From the NCBI GenBank assembly GCA_028700625.1, contig JAQVSI010000001.1:7570-71569 (forward strand): a stretch of DNA of 64,000 nt, written 5' to 3'. A program made the translations under genes and the position numbers. The notes beneath the pieces were generated by a model. The model was not told where the DNA came from. It saw only the letters and a program-made list of their open reading frames with translations, and searched no databases. This document shows, one piece after another, positions 1 to 9,536 of the stretch. Source of the stretch: Candidatus Shapirobacteria bacterium. GTDB lineage: Bacteria; Patescibacteriota; Microgenomatia; UBA12405. Position 1 is the stretch's first letter, and each line of letters begins with the position of its first letter.

Positions 1-22
1 AATTTTAATAGTATCATTAATA

Positions 23-670
23 ATGTCACTCTTTCTCGATCTAATCTTCCCTAAAATCTGCTACGGTTGTGGTCAAAAAGGGGATTATTTATGCCCCAAA
101 TGCCAAAAAAATATTCATGTTTTAAACACTAAAGCACCCCAAAACGGTTTCGACGGTGGTCTTAGTCTTTTTAAATACGATTCAGCCATAAAATCGGCCA
201 TAATTGATTTAAAATACCACTTTGTTTCCGATAATATTGATATTCTAGTCAATTTCATTGTTAAAACCCTAAAATCAGACTTTCCCAATCTAATTAAATA
301 TTGGCAGCAAAATAATTTCATTTTAATTCCCATTCCTCTTCATCCTTCTCGTCAAAATTGGCGCGGTTTTAATCAATCCCAACTTTTAGCTCAAAAAATC
401 GCCTCAAAATTGTCTTTAGATTTCTCAGATGAGATTATTATTCGTCATCAAGAGACTATGCCTCAAGCCAGACTAAAAAATACCAAAGATAGAACAAAAA
501 ATGTCGTCAATATCTTCTCTTTAAACCCAAATATAGGAAAAATAAAACATAAAAATTTTATTCTTTTTGACGATGTTTCCACGACTCAATCGACTCTTTC
601 TTCTGCTCAAAACACTCTTAAAACCTTGTCCCCATTACACTGTTGGTATTTGACTCTATCGGCTGGATAA
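23..670 (+). CDS. comFC: ComF-family phosphoribosyltransferase (ComFC-like): N-terminal CxxC..CxxC zinc finger, PIPLHPSRQNWRGFNQ motif, C-terminal PRTase motif ILFDDVSTT
   Basis: Motif match read from the translated ORF; architecture typical of ComFC/amidophosphoribosyltransferase-like competence proteins. Confidence 0.7.
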   Translation: MSLFLDLIFPKICYGCGQKGDYLCPKCQKNIHVLNTKAPQNGFDGGLSLFKYDSAIKSAIIDLKYHFVSDNIDILVNFIVKTLKSDFPNLIKYWQQNNFILIPIPLHPSRQNWRGFNQSQLLAQKIASKLSLDFSDEIIIRHQETMPQARLKNTKDRTKNVVNIFSLNPNIGKIKHKNFILFDDVSTTQSTLSSAQNTLKTLSPLHCWYLTLSAG

Positions 671-1280
671 CTTCTTCTTCAGTCGACGTATTATTTTGAT
701 CCATTTGTTGCATTCCTTCAAATGGGGTCAAAGAGCTTAGATAAAAATTATCGACATGTAATCCATGTTGAGCCAAAGAATCAATCAATTCTTGTTTTAC
801 CTCATCTTCAATAATACTTCTATCAGTCGACAAAGCTTTTATTAAAGTATGATTGGTTAAAACTTTTCTAATTCGGCTTCGAGTTACTGGTCTAACCACT
901 TTTGAAACAAAATTTTCACCAATATTTTGCCAAATTTCAGGCAATTTTTCAGTATCGAGTTTGATTAAAACTGTTGCTTCTACTGCCACAAATTTATTAT
1001 CAGAAGTTACTGCATTAATCACTTCATCACCCATTATCTCTTTATTGTCTTTCAAGATAATATCTTTAGACACAGTATATTCTATTAATTGAGCATTAAA
1101 CAATTTTACTCGGTGAATTAGAGGTACTTTAAAATGCATTCCTGGGTGCCAAACATTTTTCAAAACTCCTCTAAAAATACTATAAATACAGCCAACGTGA
1201 CCTGGTGGAACGGTTACTATAAATCCGCCAACAACTTCGTCAACTAAAAGGGAAACTAAGAGATTATCTATTGATGCCAT
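618..1280 (-). CDS. SPFH/band-7 (prohibitin/HflC-like) domain protein
   Basis: 220 aa ORF; composition and length typical of SPFH domain proteins; convergent ~50 bp overlap with comFC 3' end. Confidence 0.5.
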   Translation of the reverse strand: MASIDNLLVSLLVDEVVGGFIVTVPPGHVGCIYSIFRGVLKNVWHPGMHFKVPLIHRVKLFNAQLIEYTVSKDIILKDNKEIMGDEVINAVTSDNKFVAVEATVLIKLDTEKLPEIWQNIGENFVSKVVRPVTRSRIRKVLTNHTLIKALSTDRSIIEDEVKQELIDSLAQHGLHVDNFYLSSLTPFEGMQQMDQNNTSTEEEVIQPIESNTNSVMGTRF

Positions 1281-1301
1281 ATATGTAGAAGAATTATAGC
1301 A

Positions 1302-1949
1302 TTAAAAGGCCAAAGTTATCTCGTTTAGCTCCTTTTCTGGGTCTTTAGCTTTAATAATAAATGAAGAAATTAATATTCCTTTTGCTCCAAGTTTCAAACT
1401 AACCGACACATCTTCTTTTGAGTGTATTCCAGCTCCCACTAAAACCGGTATTTTGCCATATTTTTCCACTATTTTTTTAATTATTTCTGGTTTTTCACTG
1501 GCTACCGATTTTTCACTATTGCCAATAAATTCTTTTGGTTCGTAAGCAATCATGTCAGGTTTAATATTTTTTGCCCAACCATCAGCTTGCCCAAGGGTAC
1601 TAACGCAAACCACCGATTTAAAACCTTTTGGCCAATTTTTTAATATATTTTTAATTGAACCGGGTTTTATTTTATGCTCAGAATGGTTTATTAATGTCCC
1701 TTCTATTTTTAATTCTTTGGCTTGGAAAGGGGAAATAAATCCTGTTTTAGCTCCATCATTAACACTATCGACTGCTTGCAAATATACATCAATTCCCAGT
1801 TTTTCTTTAATTCTAACAGCATCTAATGCCGAGACTATTGGAATAATTTTAACCCCAGTTTTTTTCATCACTTTTTGGCAAATCTCTGCCATTTTCAAAG
1901 CCCCATCTCCAAACGTTTCTTTATAAATTTTAAAATTAACTAATATCAT
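1302..1949 (-). CDS. tpiA: Triosephosphate isomerase, short archaeal-type (~215 aa)
   Basis: MILVNFKIY start, LINHSEHK (catalytic His region), AYEP (catalytic Glu), VLVGAGI phosphate-binding loop; length and sequence resemble archaeal TIM rather than the ~250 aa bacterial form. Confidence 0.7.
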   Translation of the reverse strand: MILVNFKIYKETFGDGALKMAEICQKVMKKTGVKIIPIVSALDAVRIKEKLGIDVYLQAVDSVNDGAKTGFISPFQAKELKIEGTLINHSEHKIKPGSIKNILKNWPKGFKSVVCVSTLGQADGWAKNIKPDMIAYEPKEFIGNSEKSVASEKPEIIKKIVEKYGKIPVLVGAGIHSKEDVSVSLKLGAKGILISSFIIKAKDPEKELNEITLAF

Positions 1950-1962
1950 TATTAATTTTTAA

Positions 1963-3483
1963 TTATTTAACCAAACCATATTTTTGTTTTAATTGACTAA
2001 TTCCACTAATCAAAGTTTTAACAACATCTTCACTCTTTTCATTTTTTAAATTAATACCATTTATTGCATCACCAAAATATTTTTGCATTTCTGTATTAAC
2101 CCCATCATCACCAGTATTTGAAGCCAAATACCAACTACTGGCATTATTAGCTGTATCTACAAAAGGCTTAATTTTAGTATTACTGCTTATTTTTTCCACC
2201 ATACTTTTTCGAGGATAAATTTGTCCAAAACTTCTAATTAAAGAATCGGCTTGATACATTTTTTCCAATCCTTCAGTTGAAGATAAATATTCCAAAAATT
2301 TCCAAGCTTCTTTCTGATATTTACTTTTGTTATTTATTCCCTCTGTCCAATAAGTCGACCAGTGAATATTTGTTAATTCAGCCTCTGCTCCAATTTTGTC
2401 AGTTGGGGTTGATGCATTTGTTGGTAGTTGAGGTAAACTAGTCACTTGAAAATCTAAATTAGGATTTAAGGTTTGAATATCAAAAATTCTCCATGAAGGC
2501 CCAAAATAAAAACCAAGATTTCCACTAGCAAAATATTGAGTTGAATTAGGCAAACTTTCATCCCAAACCTTGTCACTAGTTTTAAATAAAGTATAAAAAT
2601 CTAATACATCTTTTAATTTTTTTTCATTATCAGCAGATAAAGTGTTTAAATCAACTCCGTTTTGTTTCATCATCAAACCCACAATATCACTCCAATGATC
2701 CACATTTTCCACTGTTCCGATTGCTGCTCCAGCCACTTTAATTTTTCCATCAGCGTCTCTTTCAGTTATTTTAACAGCCGATTTTTTCAAATCCCACCAA
2801 TTATTAGGAACCTTAACTTGAGCTTTCTCTAACAAGGAAGGGTTATAGAACATCACTAATCCGTCATACATCAGTGGCACTGATAAATATTGACCATTTT
2901 CTTTTAAATCGCTTTTATAAACATCAAAAAAGTCATTTTCTAGTCCAATAGCTGTGACCACTTCAGTAGGAACAGCAGCTAAATTGTCCCTAAACATAGG
3001 CAACCAAGTATTATGGATTCTAAAAATATCTGGAACATCTTCAGTTTCTCCGCTTTTAGCTAATCTGCCATTAAGTCTTCCAGCATAACCATTTAATTGG
3101 TTTCTTTTATAATTTATTTTTATGTTTGGATTTTTGCTTTCAAAATCGGCAATTATTCCATTCATCACACTTTCGTCTTCCCACAACCCCCAATAATTCA
3201 AAGTAACAAGTTTACTAGAATCACTTCCTTTAATAAGATTAAAAACAATAATTGCTATTATAAAAAATATTATTCCTGATCCCATCAATATAAATAGTTT
3301 TTTATGACTCTTTTTAACTATTGGAACATTAATAGGTGGAACACTTTGAGAAATATTTGTTGGTGCCTCACTCGTTTGATCATTAACCAAAGGAATACTC
3401 TGTTCAATATTTTCGTTTTCTGTTTCCGTTTTAAAAACCACTTTTCTTGGTGGTAACGGTGATTTTATATCTTCAAGACTCAC
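1963..3483 (-). CDS. Membrane-anchored extracellular solute-binding protein (family 1 sugar SBP-like), orphan (no permease/ATPase adjacent)
   Basis: N-terminal Pro-rich cytoplasmic segment plus single TM, then ~400 aa domain with LNYWGLWEDE..NPNIKINY pattern typical of SBP_bac_1. Confidence 0.45.
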   Translation of the reverse strand: MSLEDIKSPLPPRKVVFKTETENENIEQSIPLVNDQTSEAPTNISQSVPPINVPIVKKSHKKLFILMGSGIIFFIIAIIVFNLIKGSDSSKLVTLNYWGLWEDESVMNGIIADFESKNPNIKINYKRNQLNGYAGRLNGRLAKSGETEDVPDIFRIHNTWLPMFRDNLAAVPTEVVTAIGLENDFFDVYKSDLKENGQYLSVPLMYDGLVMFYNPSLLEKAQVKVPNNWWDLKKSAVKITERDADGKIKVAGAAIGTVENVDHWSDIVGLMMKQNGVDLNTLSADNEKKLKDVLDFYTLFKTSDKVWDESLPNSTQYFASGNLGFYFGPSWRIFDIQTLNPNLDFQVTSLPQLPTNASTPTDKIGAEAELTNIHWSTYWTEGINNKSKYQKEAWKFLEYLSSTEGLEKMYQADSLIRSFGQIYPRKSMVEKISSNTKIKPFVDTANNASSWYLASNTGDDGVNTEMQKYFGDAINGINLKNEKSEDVVKTLISGISQLKQKYGLVK

Positions 3484-3546
3484 ATATATATCATACCCTA
3501 AATATTCATCTCTTGGCTATAATTAATTATTAGAAATTAAAGAAAG

Positions 3547-3587
3547 TCGCCCTGTCAAGGGAGATGCCCGAAGGGCAGAGGGTTTTA
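3547..3587. repeat. Double-hairpin palindromic element, copy 1 (intergenic, upstream of ZIP gene): gtcgCCCTGTCAAGGGAGatgCCCGaagGGCagaGGGTTTT
   Basis: Sequence family recurring about 10 times in the window (see findings). Confidence 0.75.
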
Positions 3588-3596
3588 ATTAAATTC

Positions 3597-4340
3597 ATGC
3601 AATCTTTATATTTATCTCTTCTAGCAGTTTTAATTGTCAGTTTAGTTTCCCTTTCTGGCATTGCTTTATTTTTTTTAAATAAAAAAACTAGTCAAAAAAT
3701 AAATCTTCTTCTTGTTAGTTTTGCCATTGGTGCTCTTTTAGGGGACACTTTTATTCATCTTTTGCCCGAAGCTTTTCAATCACTAAATTCCTTAACTGTT
3801 TCTTTTCTAACTATCGTCGGTTTATTACTTTTTTTTGTTTTGGAAAAAATTCTTCGTTGGCATCATTGTCATGAAATTAATTGTAATGAAAGTAAACATC
3901 TTATTGTTTTAAATACTGTCGGAGACACCATTCATAATCTAATTGATGGTATGCTCATTGCGGCCAGTTTTGCCGTCAATTTTAAATTGGGAATCGTTAC
4001 CAGCATTGCCGTTCTTCTTCATGAAATTCCCCAAGAAATAGGCGATTTTGCTATTTTAATTCATGGTGGATTATCAGCCAAAAAAGCTGTTTTATATAAT
4101 TTATTTACTGCCACTTCAGCTTTTTTAGGTGTCTTTTTATTTTTCTTTTTGGGCTCTAAAATTTCCTCTTTATCTCTATATTTACTTCCAATCACTGCCG
4201 GTGCTTTCATTTATTTGTCAGCCAGCGATCTAATTCCCGAGCTTCATCGCCACGATCAAAAACTTTCCCATTCTCTTTTGCAACTAATCTTTATAATTCT
4301 CGGAGTCGCTCTCATGTCCCTTTTGGCTTTTTTAGAATAA
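3597..4340 (+). CDS. ZIP family metal (Zn/Fe) transporter
   Basis: LLHEIPQEIGDFAIL signature of ZIP/ZupT; multiple TM helices; His-rich HHCHE loop. Start placed at ATG 3597 because the upstream Met lies inside the repeat element. Confidence 0.7.
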   Translation: MQSLYLSLLAVLIVSLVSLSGIALFFLNKKTSQKINLLLVSFAIGALLGDTFIHLLPEAFQSLNSLTVSFLTIVGLLLFFVLEKILRWHHCHEINCNESKHLIVLNTVGDTIHNLIDGMLIAASFAVNFKLGIVTSIAVLLHEIPQEIGDFAILIHGGLSAKKAVLYNLFTATSAFLGVFLFFFLGSKISSLSLYLLPITAGAFIYLSASDLIPELHRHDQKLSHSLLQLIFIILGVALMSLLAFLE

Positions 4341-4401
4341 GATCATTGTTTTTCTATAATTTAGGTGTATCTTACTGATACATTATAATCATTTAAATAA
4401 A

Positions 4402-4794
4402 ATGAAAGAAAGTTTTGATGTTGAAAAAAATAGAAGTAAGGATATTTCTAAAAATGAGAAATTATTAATAGATTCTGGCGTAATCGATCTATTTGAAAAT
4501 AAAATTAAATCCCAAAAGACACTAAATGGAGGGGATCTAGAAATAAAAAGAACTCACGATTTTTCAAGTGTTATTTTTAATTGGAATTTTAAAAGTACTA
4601 GGTGTGTTTTTAATAAAGGAGAAGATTGTATTATTAATACCTGTAAAACTGTAATCGCAAAAATTAAGGAAGAAGGTTTATTTATCGGTTATTTAGGACG
4701 ACATAGTTTAGAAAATTTTGAAAAAGTCGAATCAGGAAATTTAGAAGAATTAACAAATAGGGCTATAAAATTGGCAGAAAGAAATAGTTTTTAG
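4402..4794 (+). CDS. Hypothetical protein (130 aa)
   Basis: ORF only; no recognisable motif. Confidence 0.3.
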   Translation: MKESFDVEKNRSKDISKNEKLLIDSGVIDLFENKIKSQKTLNGGDLEIKRTHDFSSVIFNWNFKSTRCVFNKGEDCIINTCKTVIAKIKEEGLFIGYLGRHSLENFEKVESGNLEELTNRAIKLAERNSF

Positions 4795-4846
4795 CATTTA
4801 TCAAACAAAAAATCAGATTTGATGTCTAATTTGCTATTATTTAAAT

Positions 4847-5263
4847 ATGCAAATCAATGTTTTTACCGATGGTGGGTCTCGTGGTAATCCTGGTCACTCT
4901 GGTTATGGTCTAGTTATTTACGATGATGATAAAAAAATCTTATTTAAAGAATCAAAATATATTGGAATTAAAACCAATAACGAAGCCGAATATGCTGGTC
5001 TAATTGGTGCTCTAAATTGGATAAAAGACAACAAAGATTCTCATAAAATTTCTCAAATCAATTTTTTTGCCGATTCTCAATTGTTGGTTCGCCAAGTCCA
5101 AGGTTTATATAAAGTTAAGGCTGTTCATTTAAAACCACTTTTTACCACTGTTAAAAATTTATTAGACCAAATTAATACAACTTATTCTTTTAAAGATATT
5201 CGTCGCGAATCCAACGAATTAGCCGATGAGTTGGCCAATTGCGCCATGGATCGAAAATGTTAA
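4847..5263 (+). CDS. rnhA: Ribonuclease HI
   Basis: FTDGGSRGNPG..EAEYAGLIGAL..ADSQLLV RNase H catalytic motifs. Confidence 0.8.
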   Translation: MQINVFTDGGSRGNPGHSGYGLVIYDDDKKILFKESKYIGIKTNNEAEYAGLIGALNWIKDNKDSHKISQINFFADSQLLVRQVQGLYKVKAVHLKPLFTTVKNLLDQINTTYSFKDIRRESNELADELANCAMDRKC

Positions 5264-5266
5264 GTT

Positions 5267-6988
5267 ATGAATAAAAAATCCCTTTTTTACTTATTTTTTA
5301 TAATTTTTTTCATTTTCTTAACTCTTCTTTTAGGTCCAATTATTGCCTATTACGACAAAACCGGCAGTAATACTTATCTCTTAGATAAAAACTATTCTCA
5401 TCTTTCTCGTAGTCAAATTTTAGATCAAATCGATAAAGATTTTATTCTTCCAGAAAATATTATTTTAATTTCTCCAAACAAAGAAAAAACCAAATTTTCC
5501 TTGGCTTCCGTTTCCGCCCAAATCAATAAAAATAAAATAGCTAGCTCTATGCTCTATCGTCGCCTTAATCAAGGAATTCCTGCTTATATCAGGTATTTCT
5601 TTAAACCAAAAAAATTTAACTTAGAAATAACTTTTGACACCAACAAGTTAAATGAGCAAGTAAACTATGTGGCCTCTCTTGTCGACAAACCTTTTATTCC
5701 CACTGAAATTAATTATAAAAATAAAGTGGTTTCCATTACTAAAGGTTCCATTGGTGTTCAATTAAATAAAGATTCCTTTATAAACACTTTTACCAGCTCA
5801 CTTATCACGGGCAATTTTAATCAAGAAATTAATCTAGAAACAGAAAATATTGGTTTTATTCCCACCGACGACCAAATCAATGAAGCCAAGCAAAAAGCTC
5901 AAAAATTAACTAAAAAATCTTTAATCCTTAATGAAGGTTTTACTAAAATAACAGTAGATAGTAATACTCTAATTTCTTGGCTTGCCTTCGAAAATAATTA
6001 TCAATCAGATAAAATCAAAGATTATATTAAAAATTTAAGTGTAAGTCTTCAAAGAGAACCTGTCGATGCTGTTTTCAAGTTTGAAAACAATAAAGTTACC
6101 GAATTTAAACCTTCCCAAGACGGAATTAAAATCAAAGAAGACGAATTGTCTAATTTAATAATAAAATCCCTAGAAAAATTAATTAATTCTGATGATGTTT
6201 CTAAGACTATTGATGTTCCCACAATTGCCACTGCTCCAAAAATTACCAACGGTGATGCTAATAATTTGGGTATAAAAGATCTTTTAGGAAGGGGAACTTC
6301 CAGTTTCAGTCATTCCAGTGTTATTCGCAATATGAATGTAGAAAAAGGAGCTTCAATTATCAACCGCATTTTAGTAGCTCCAGGTGAAACTTTTTCTTTT
6401 ATTAAAAATTTAGGTGAAGTTAGTCTAGAAGCTGGTTACAAAAAAGCTTATATCATCCGTCAAGGTAAAACCGAGCTTGATGTTGGTGGGGGAGTTTGTC
6501 AGGTTTCTACCACTCTTTTCCGAGCCATGCTCGATGCTGGTTTAAATATTACTGCTCGTCAAAATCATGCTTATCGTGTCAGTTACTACGAAGAAGATTC
6601 TAAACCTGGTTTTGATGCCACTGTTTTTATTCCCAATCCAGACCTTAAATTTATAAACGACACTCCTAGTTATCTTTTAATTCAAAGCACTTACGATGGC
6701 ACAAATAAAAAATTAGCTTATGAAATTTATGGCACCAACGATGGTCGCAAAACTGAAATTTCCAATTATAAACAATGGGGGTCTCAATCTCCACCTCCAG
6801 ACGTTTGGATCGATGATCCAACCCTTCCTGTTGGTAAAGTTATTCAAGATGAACAAAGAATTCCTGGTTTAAAAACTGCTTTCGATTGGACAGTTAAAAA
6901 AGCCGATGGTTCCATTCTTCATCAAAAAACTTTTACCTCTAATTTCGTTCCCTGGGCTGCTGTTTTCCGCCGCGGCACCAAAATCTAA
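5267..6988 (+). CDS. VanW-domain protein (membrane-anchored, YoaR-like)
   Basis: N-terminal TM; GGGVCQVSTTLFRAMLDAGL is the VanW domain signature. Confidence 0.65.
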   Translation: MNKKSLFYLFFIIFFIFLTLLLGPIIAYYDKTGSNTYLLDKNYSHLSRSQILDQIDKDFILPENIILISPNKEKTKFSLASVSAQINKNKIASSMLYRRLNQGIPAYIRYFFKPKKFNLEITFDTNKLNEQVNYVASLVDKPFIPTEINYKNKVVSITKGSIGVQLNKDSFINTFTSSLITGNFNQEINLETENIGFIPTDDQINEAKQKAQKLTKKSLILNEGFTKITVDSNTLISWLAFENNYQSDKIKDYIKNLSVSLQREPVDAVFKFENNKVTEFKPSQDGIKIKEDELSNLIIKSLEKLINSDDVSKTIDVPTIATAPKITNGDANNLGIKDLLGRGTSSFSHSSVIRNMNVEKGASIINRILVAPGETFSFIKNLGEVSLEAGYKKAYIIRQGKTELDVGGGVCQVSTTLFRAMLDAGLNITARQNHAYRVSYYEEDSKPGFDATVFIPNPDLKFINDTPSYLLIQSTYDGTNKKLAYEIYGTNDGRKTEISNYKQWGSQSPPPDVWIDDPTLPVGKVIQDEQRIPGLKTAFDWTVKKADGSILHQKTFTSNFVPWAAVFRRGTKI

Positions 6989-7126
6989 ATATTATTTAGT
7001 TGTAGATTCTTTAAGTTTCAAAATTTTATCTCTCATAATCACTTCTACTTCATTTTTTGTTACGTTTTTTGGAAAATAAAAAGACTCACCAAAACAAATT
7101 TCTATTTGTTGATTTTTATAAGGTTT

Positions 7127-7746
7127 TCAGCTGTCACAACCATGTACATAAACTGGAATAAGAGGGACCGAAGATAATTCTTGCTTCAATCTTGTTTTAT
7201 AAATATGAAATATTCCAGATTGAAAAGGTAATTCTGGATTGTAATCAATATCTCCGACCACTTGTGGAAATATTAAAATAGATCTTTTATTTAGATCAAG
7301 TATTTCATTTACATCAGAAATAAAATTTCTATTTAATTTTTTCGGATTATTTCTAACTGGAATAAGGTCGTCTCCAATACTTTTATTAAAACCTTCTTTT
7401 ATTGGCAATATTATTTTTTCTTGAACATCATTCAAAATTTTATTTTTAGGATTTTTTTCATAATCAATCTGTCCTACTATTGTAATTTTTCCCCAGTCGT
7501 CTTATAAATTTGATTGAATATAAATAAATGGTCTGGTCTTGTCCCAGAATCATCGCCACCTTCTACTAGACTATTGTGATTTGAAAAAATAATATGTGGC
7601 TTATCGATAATCTCTTTAAGATTTTCAATTCCATAAGTTTTAACATTAAATTTTTCCACATAATCAGTTCTTAAATAACCCAAAATTGGGGCTAATGTTT
7701 TTTTACCAACAAAGTTGCTAACATTTTCTATTTTTTCACTAAACAT
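7127..7746 (-). pseudogene. Possible frameshifted 1-acyl-sn-glycerol-3-phosphate acyltransferase (PlsC-like) split into two ORFs (7477-7746 and 7127-7435)
   Basis: First ORF carries an NHxSxxE block resembling PlsC motif I (Asp replaced by Glu); second carries LIFPQ..LPFQSG..VPLIPVYVHG resembling motifs III/IV; the two ORFs are in different frames. Confidence 0.3.
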
Positions 7747-7753
7747 AATCGAA

Positions 7754-8779
7754 TTATAACCCCAGTCTCGGGTTTCGATCTAATTTTTCTTTATCTTTCA
7801 CAAATTCTTTTCTCAATGCTTTGTAATAAGCCGCAATTCCAATCATAGCTGCATTATCAGTATTAAATTGTTTTTTAACTGGCATAAAAATTGGAGTTTT
7901 AGTTTCTTTTGCTAATTTTCTTAATCTTTTTCTAAGTTCTAAATTTGCCAAAACTCCACCACTGACTAATAATGTTTTTGGCTTATAAAATTCAATCGCT
8001 TTTCTAAATTTTATTAAAAGACTATCAAACACTGCATCTTGGAAAGTTGCCGATAAGTTAGCTAAATTTTGTCCAATTTTTTCTTTTGGCCAATCTTTAA
8101 TTTGATAGTAAAAAGAAGTTTTTAATCCGGAAAACGAATAATCAAAATTCTTTTGATTTGATAATGGACGAGGCAGTTTTAAATAATTTTTATCACCTTT
8201 TTCAGCTAATCTTTCTAAAATTGGTCCACCTGGATATCCAAGCCCCATCATTTTTGCTGCTTTGTCCAAAGCCTCTCCCGCCGCATCATCCAAAGTCTCT
8301 CCAATTACTTTATATTTTCCAATTTTTTCAACTAAAACTAATTTTGTATGACCTCCAGAAACAGTCATCGCTAAAGCCGGAAATTCAATTTTTCTGTCTG
8401 GCTTTCCTTCTTTATTTTTAATTAAATTAACCAAAATATGGCCTTCCACATGGTTTACCCCGATTAATTTTTTATTATATTTAATTGCCATTTCCTTAGC
8501 TTTATTTACCCCAATTCCCAAAGCAATCGCCAATCCCGGCCCCAAAGTCACTGCAATCACATCAATATCTTCCATTTTTAAATGAGCCCTTTTCAAAGAA
8601 GTTTTTATTACTGGTTCAATTCTTTCATTATGTGCTCTCTTTGCAATATCAGGAACCACTCCACCCCATTTGGCATGTAAATCAGTTTGAGATGAAATCA
8701 CATTTGAAAGTAGTTGGTCGTTTTTCAAAACAGCCGCACAAGTATCGTCACAACTAGTTTCTATTGCTAATATTTTCAT
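7754..8779 (-). CDS. tsaD: tRNA N6-adenosine threonylcarbamoyltransferase TsaD (Kae1/Gcp family)
   Basis: MKILAIETSCDDT start, HxxGH metal site (VNHVEGH), 341 aa. Confidence 0.85.
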   Translation of the reverse strand: MKILAIETSCDDTCAAVLKNDQLLSNVISSQTDLHAKWGGVVPDIAKRAHNERIEPVIKTSLKRAHLKMEDIDVIAVTLGPGLAIALGIGVNKAKEMAIKYNKKLIGVNHVEGHILVNLIKNKEGKPDRKIEFPALAMTVSGGHTKLVLVEKIGKYKVIGETLDDAAGEALDKAAKMMGLGYPGGPILERLAEKGDKNYLKLPRPLSNQKNFDYSFSGLKTSFYYQIKDWPKEKIGQNLANLSATFQDAVFDSLLIKFRKAIEFYKPKTLLVSGGVLANLELRKRLRKLAKETKTPIFMPVKKQFNTDNAAMIGIAAYYKALRKEFVKDKEKLDRNPRLGL

Positions 8780-8799
8780 TATTAATGTATTATAAATGT

Positions 8800-9489
8800 A
8801 TGGAATCGAAAAATACTAAATATCTCGTATTAACCATAGTCTTGCTGATTTTATCAGTCTTTGGAATTTTTTTGATATTCAAGATTAATAATTCTCCAGT
8901 TTCTACTCAAAATAAACCTGAAACCCAAGATCTAATATCTAAAATTTCAATTACCCCAACTTCTAAACCTATTGTCACTATAACTCCTATTGCCACAATT
9001 ACTGGCAAGATTGCTTCTCCTTCACCAACCAAAAAACCAACTATTACCAAAACTCCAACCGCGACTCCAACTGCCAAAATAACTCCAACCACAATTATTA
9101 CCCCCAGTCCAATTCCAACAGAATCAGTTTCTGGTCAAATAAATTATAAAAACCAAGAAGACGGTTTTTCTATAGAATATTCATCTACAAGAAAGTTCTA
9201 TCAAGACAAAGAAAGTAGCGGTAATCGCTATACTTTCTATAGCTTGTCAGGTAATTTTGCAGTTCACGTTGCCCTCAGTGGCTCTTGGGCTTGGACTAAT
9301 TCAGACAGAAATTTTAGTTCTAGTTTTATAGTTTCTGGTCAAAACACTTTTCGCTATGAAATCGCCACTCAAACCATTGTTGATCTTCAATCAAGCGATA
9401 AAAATTACACCATCCAATGTGTTCACAATGGCAAAGAATCGCTCAAAACCGAATGCGAAGCCTTCATTAAATCCTTCCAATTATTATAA
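8800..9489 (+). CDS. Hypothetical N-terminally anchored secreted protein with Pro/Thr-rich linker
   Basis: TM helix then PTxTPT repeats then Cys-containing globular domain; start moved to the second Met to avoid overlap with tsaD. Confidence 0.4.
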   Translation: MESKNTKYLVLTIVLLILSVFGIFLIFKINNSPVSTQNKPETQDLISKISITPTSKPIVTITPIATITGKIASPSPTKKPTITKTPTATPTAKITPTTIITPSPIPTESVSGQINYKNQEDGFSIEYSSTRKFYQDKESSGNRYTFYSLSGNFAVHVALSGSWAWTNSDRNFSSSFIVSGQNTFRYEIATQTIVDLQSSDKNYTIQCVHNGKESLKTECEAFIKSFQLL

Positions 9490-9536
9490 AAAATTATATT
9501 TGGTCATTGGAAATTGGACATTAGAAATTAAATATC

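Noticed and set aside
115-333. Short antisense ORFs nested inside larger genes (e.g. 115-333, 853-1092, 1552-1926, 3097-3279, 8158-8421, 18422-18700, 22002-22274, 25321-25542, 46406-46624, 47185-47493, 62824-63033)
   Set aside because: Fully embedded in the opposite strand of well-supported CDSs in an AT-rich genome where random ORFs are frequent
8907-9092. 61-aa ORF rich in Gly/Val repeats (also 41114-41320 and 58622-58807)
   Set aside because: Antisense translation of the Pro/Thr-linker repeats of real surface-protein genes; an artefact of repeat symmetry
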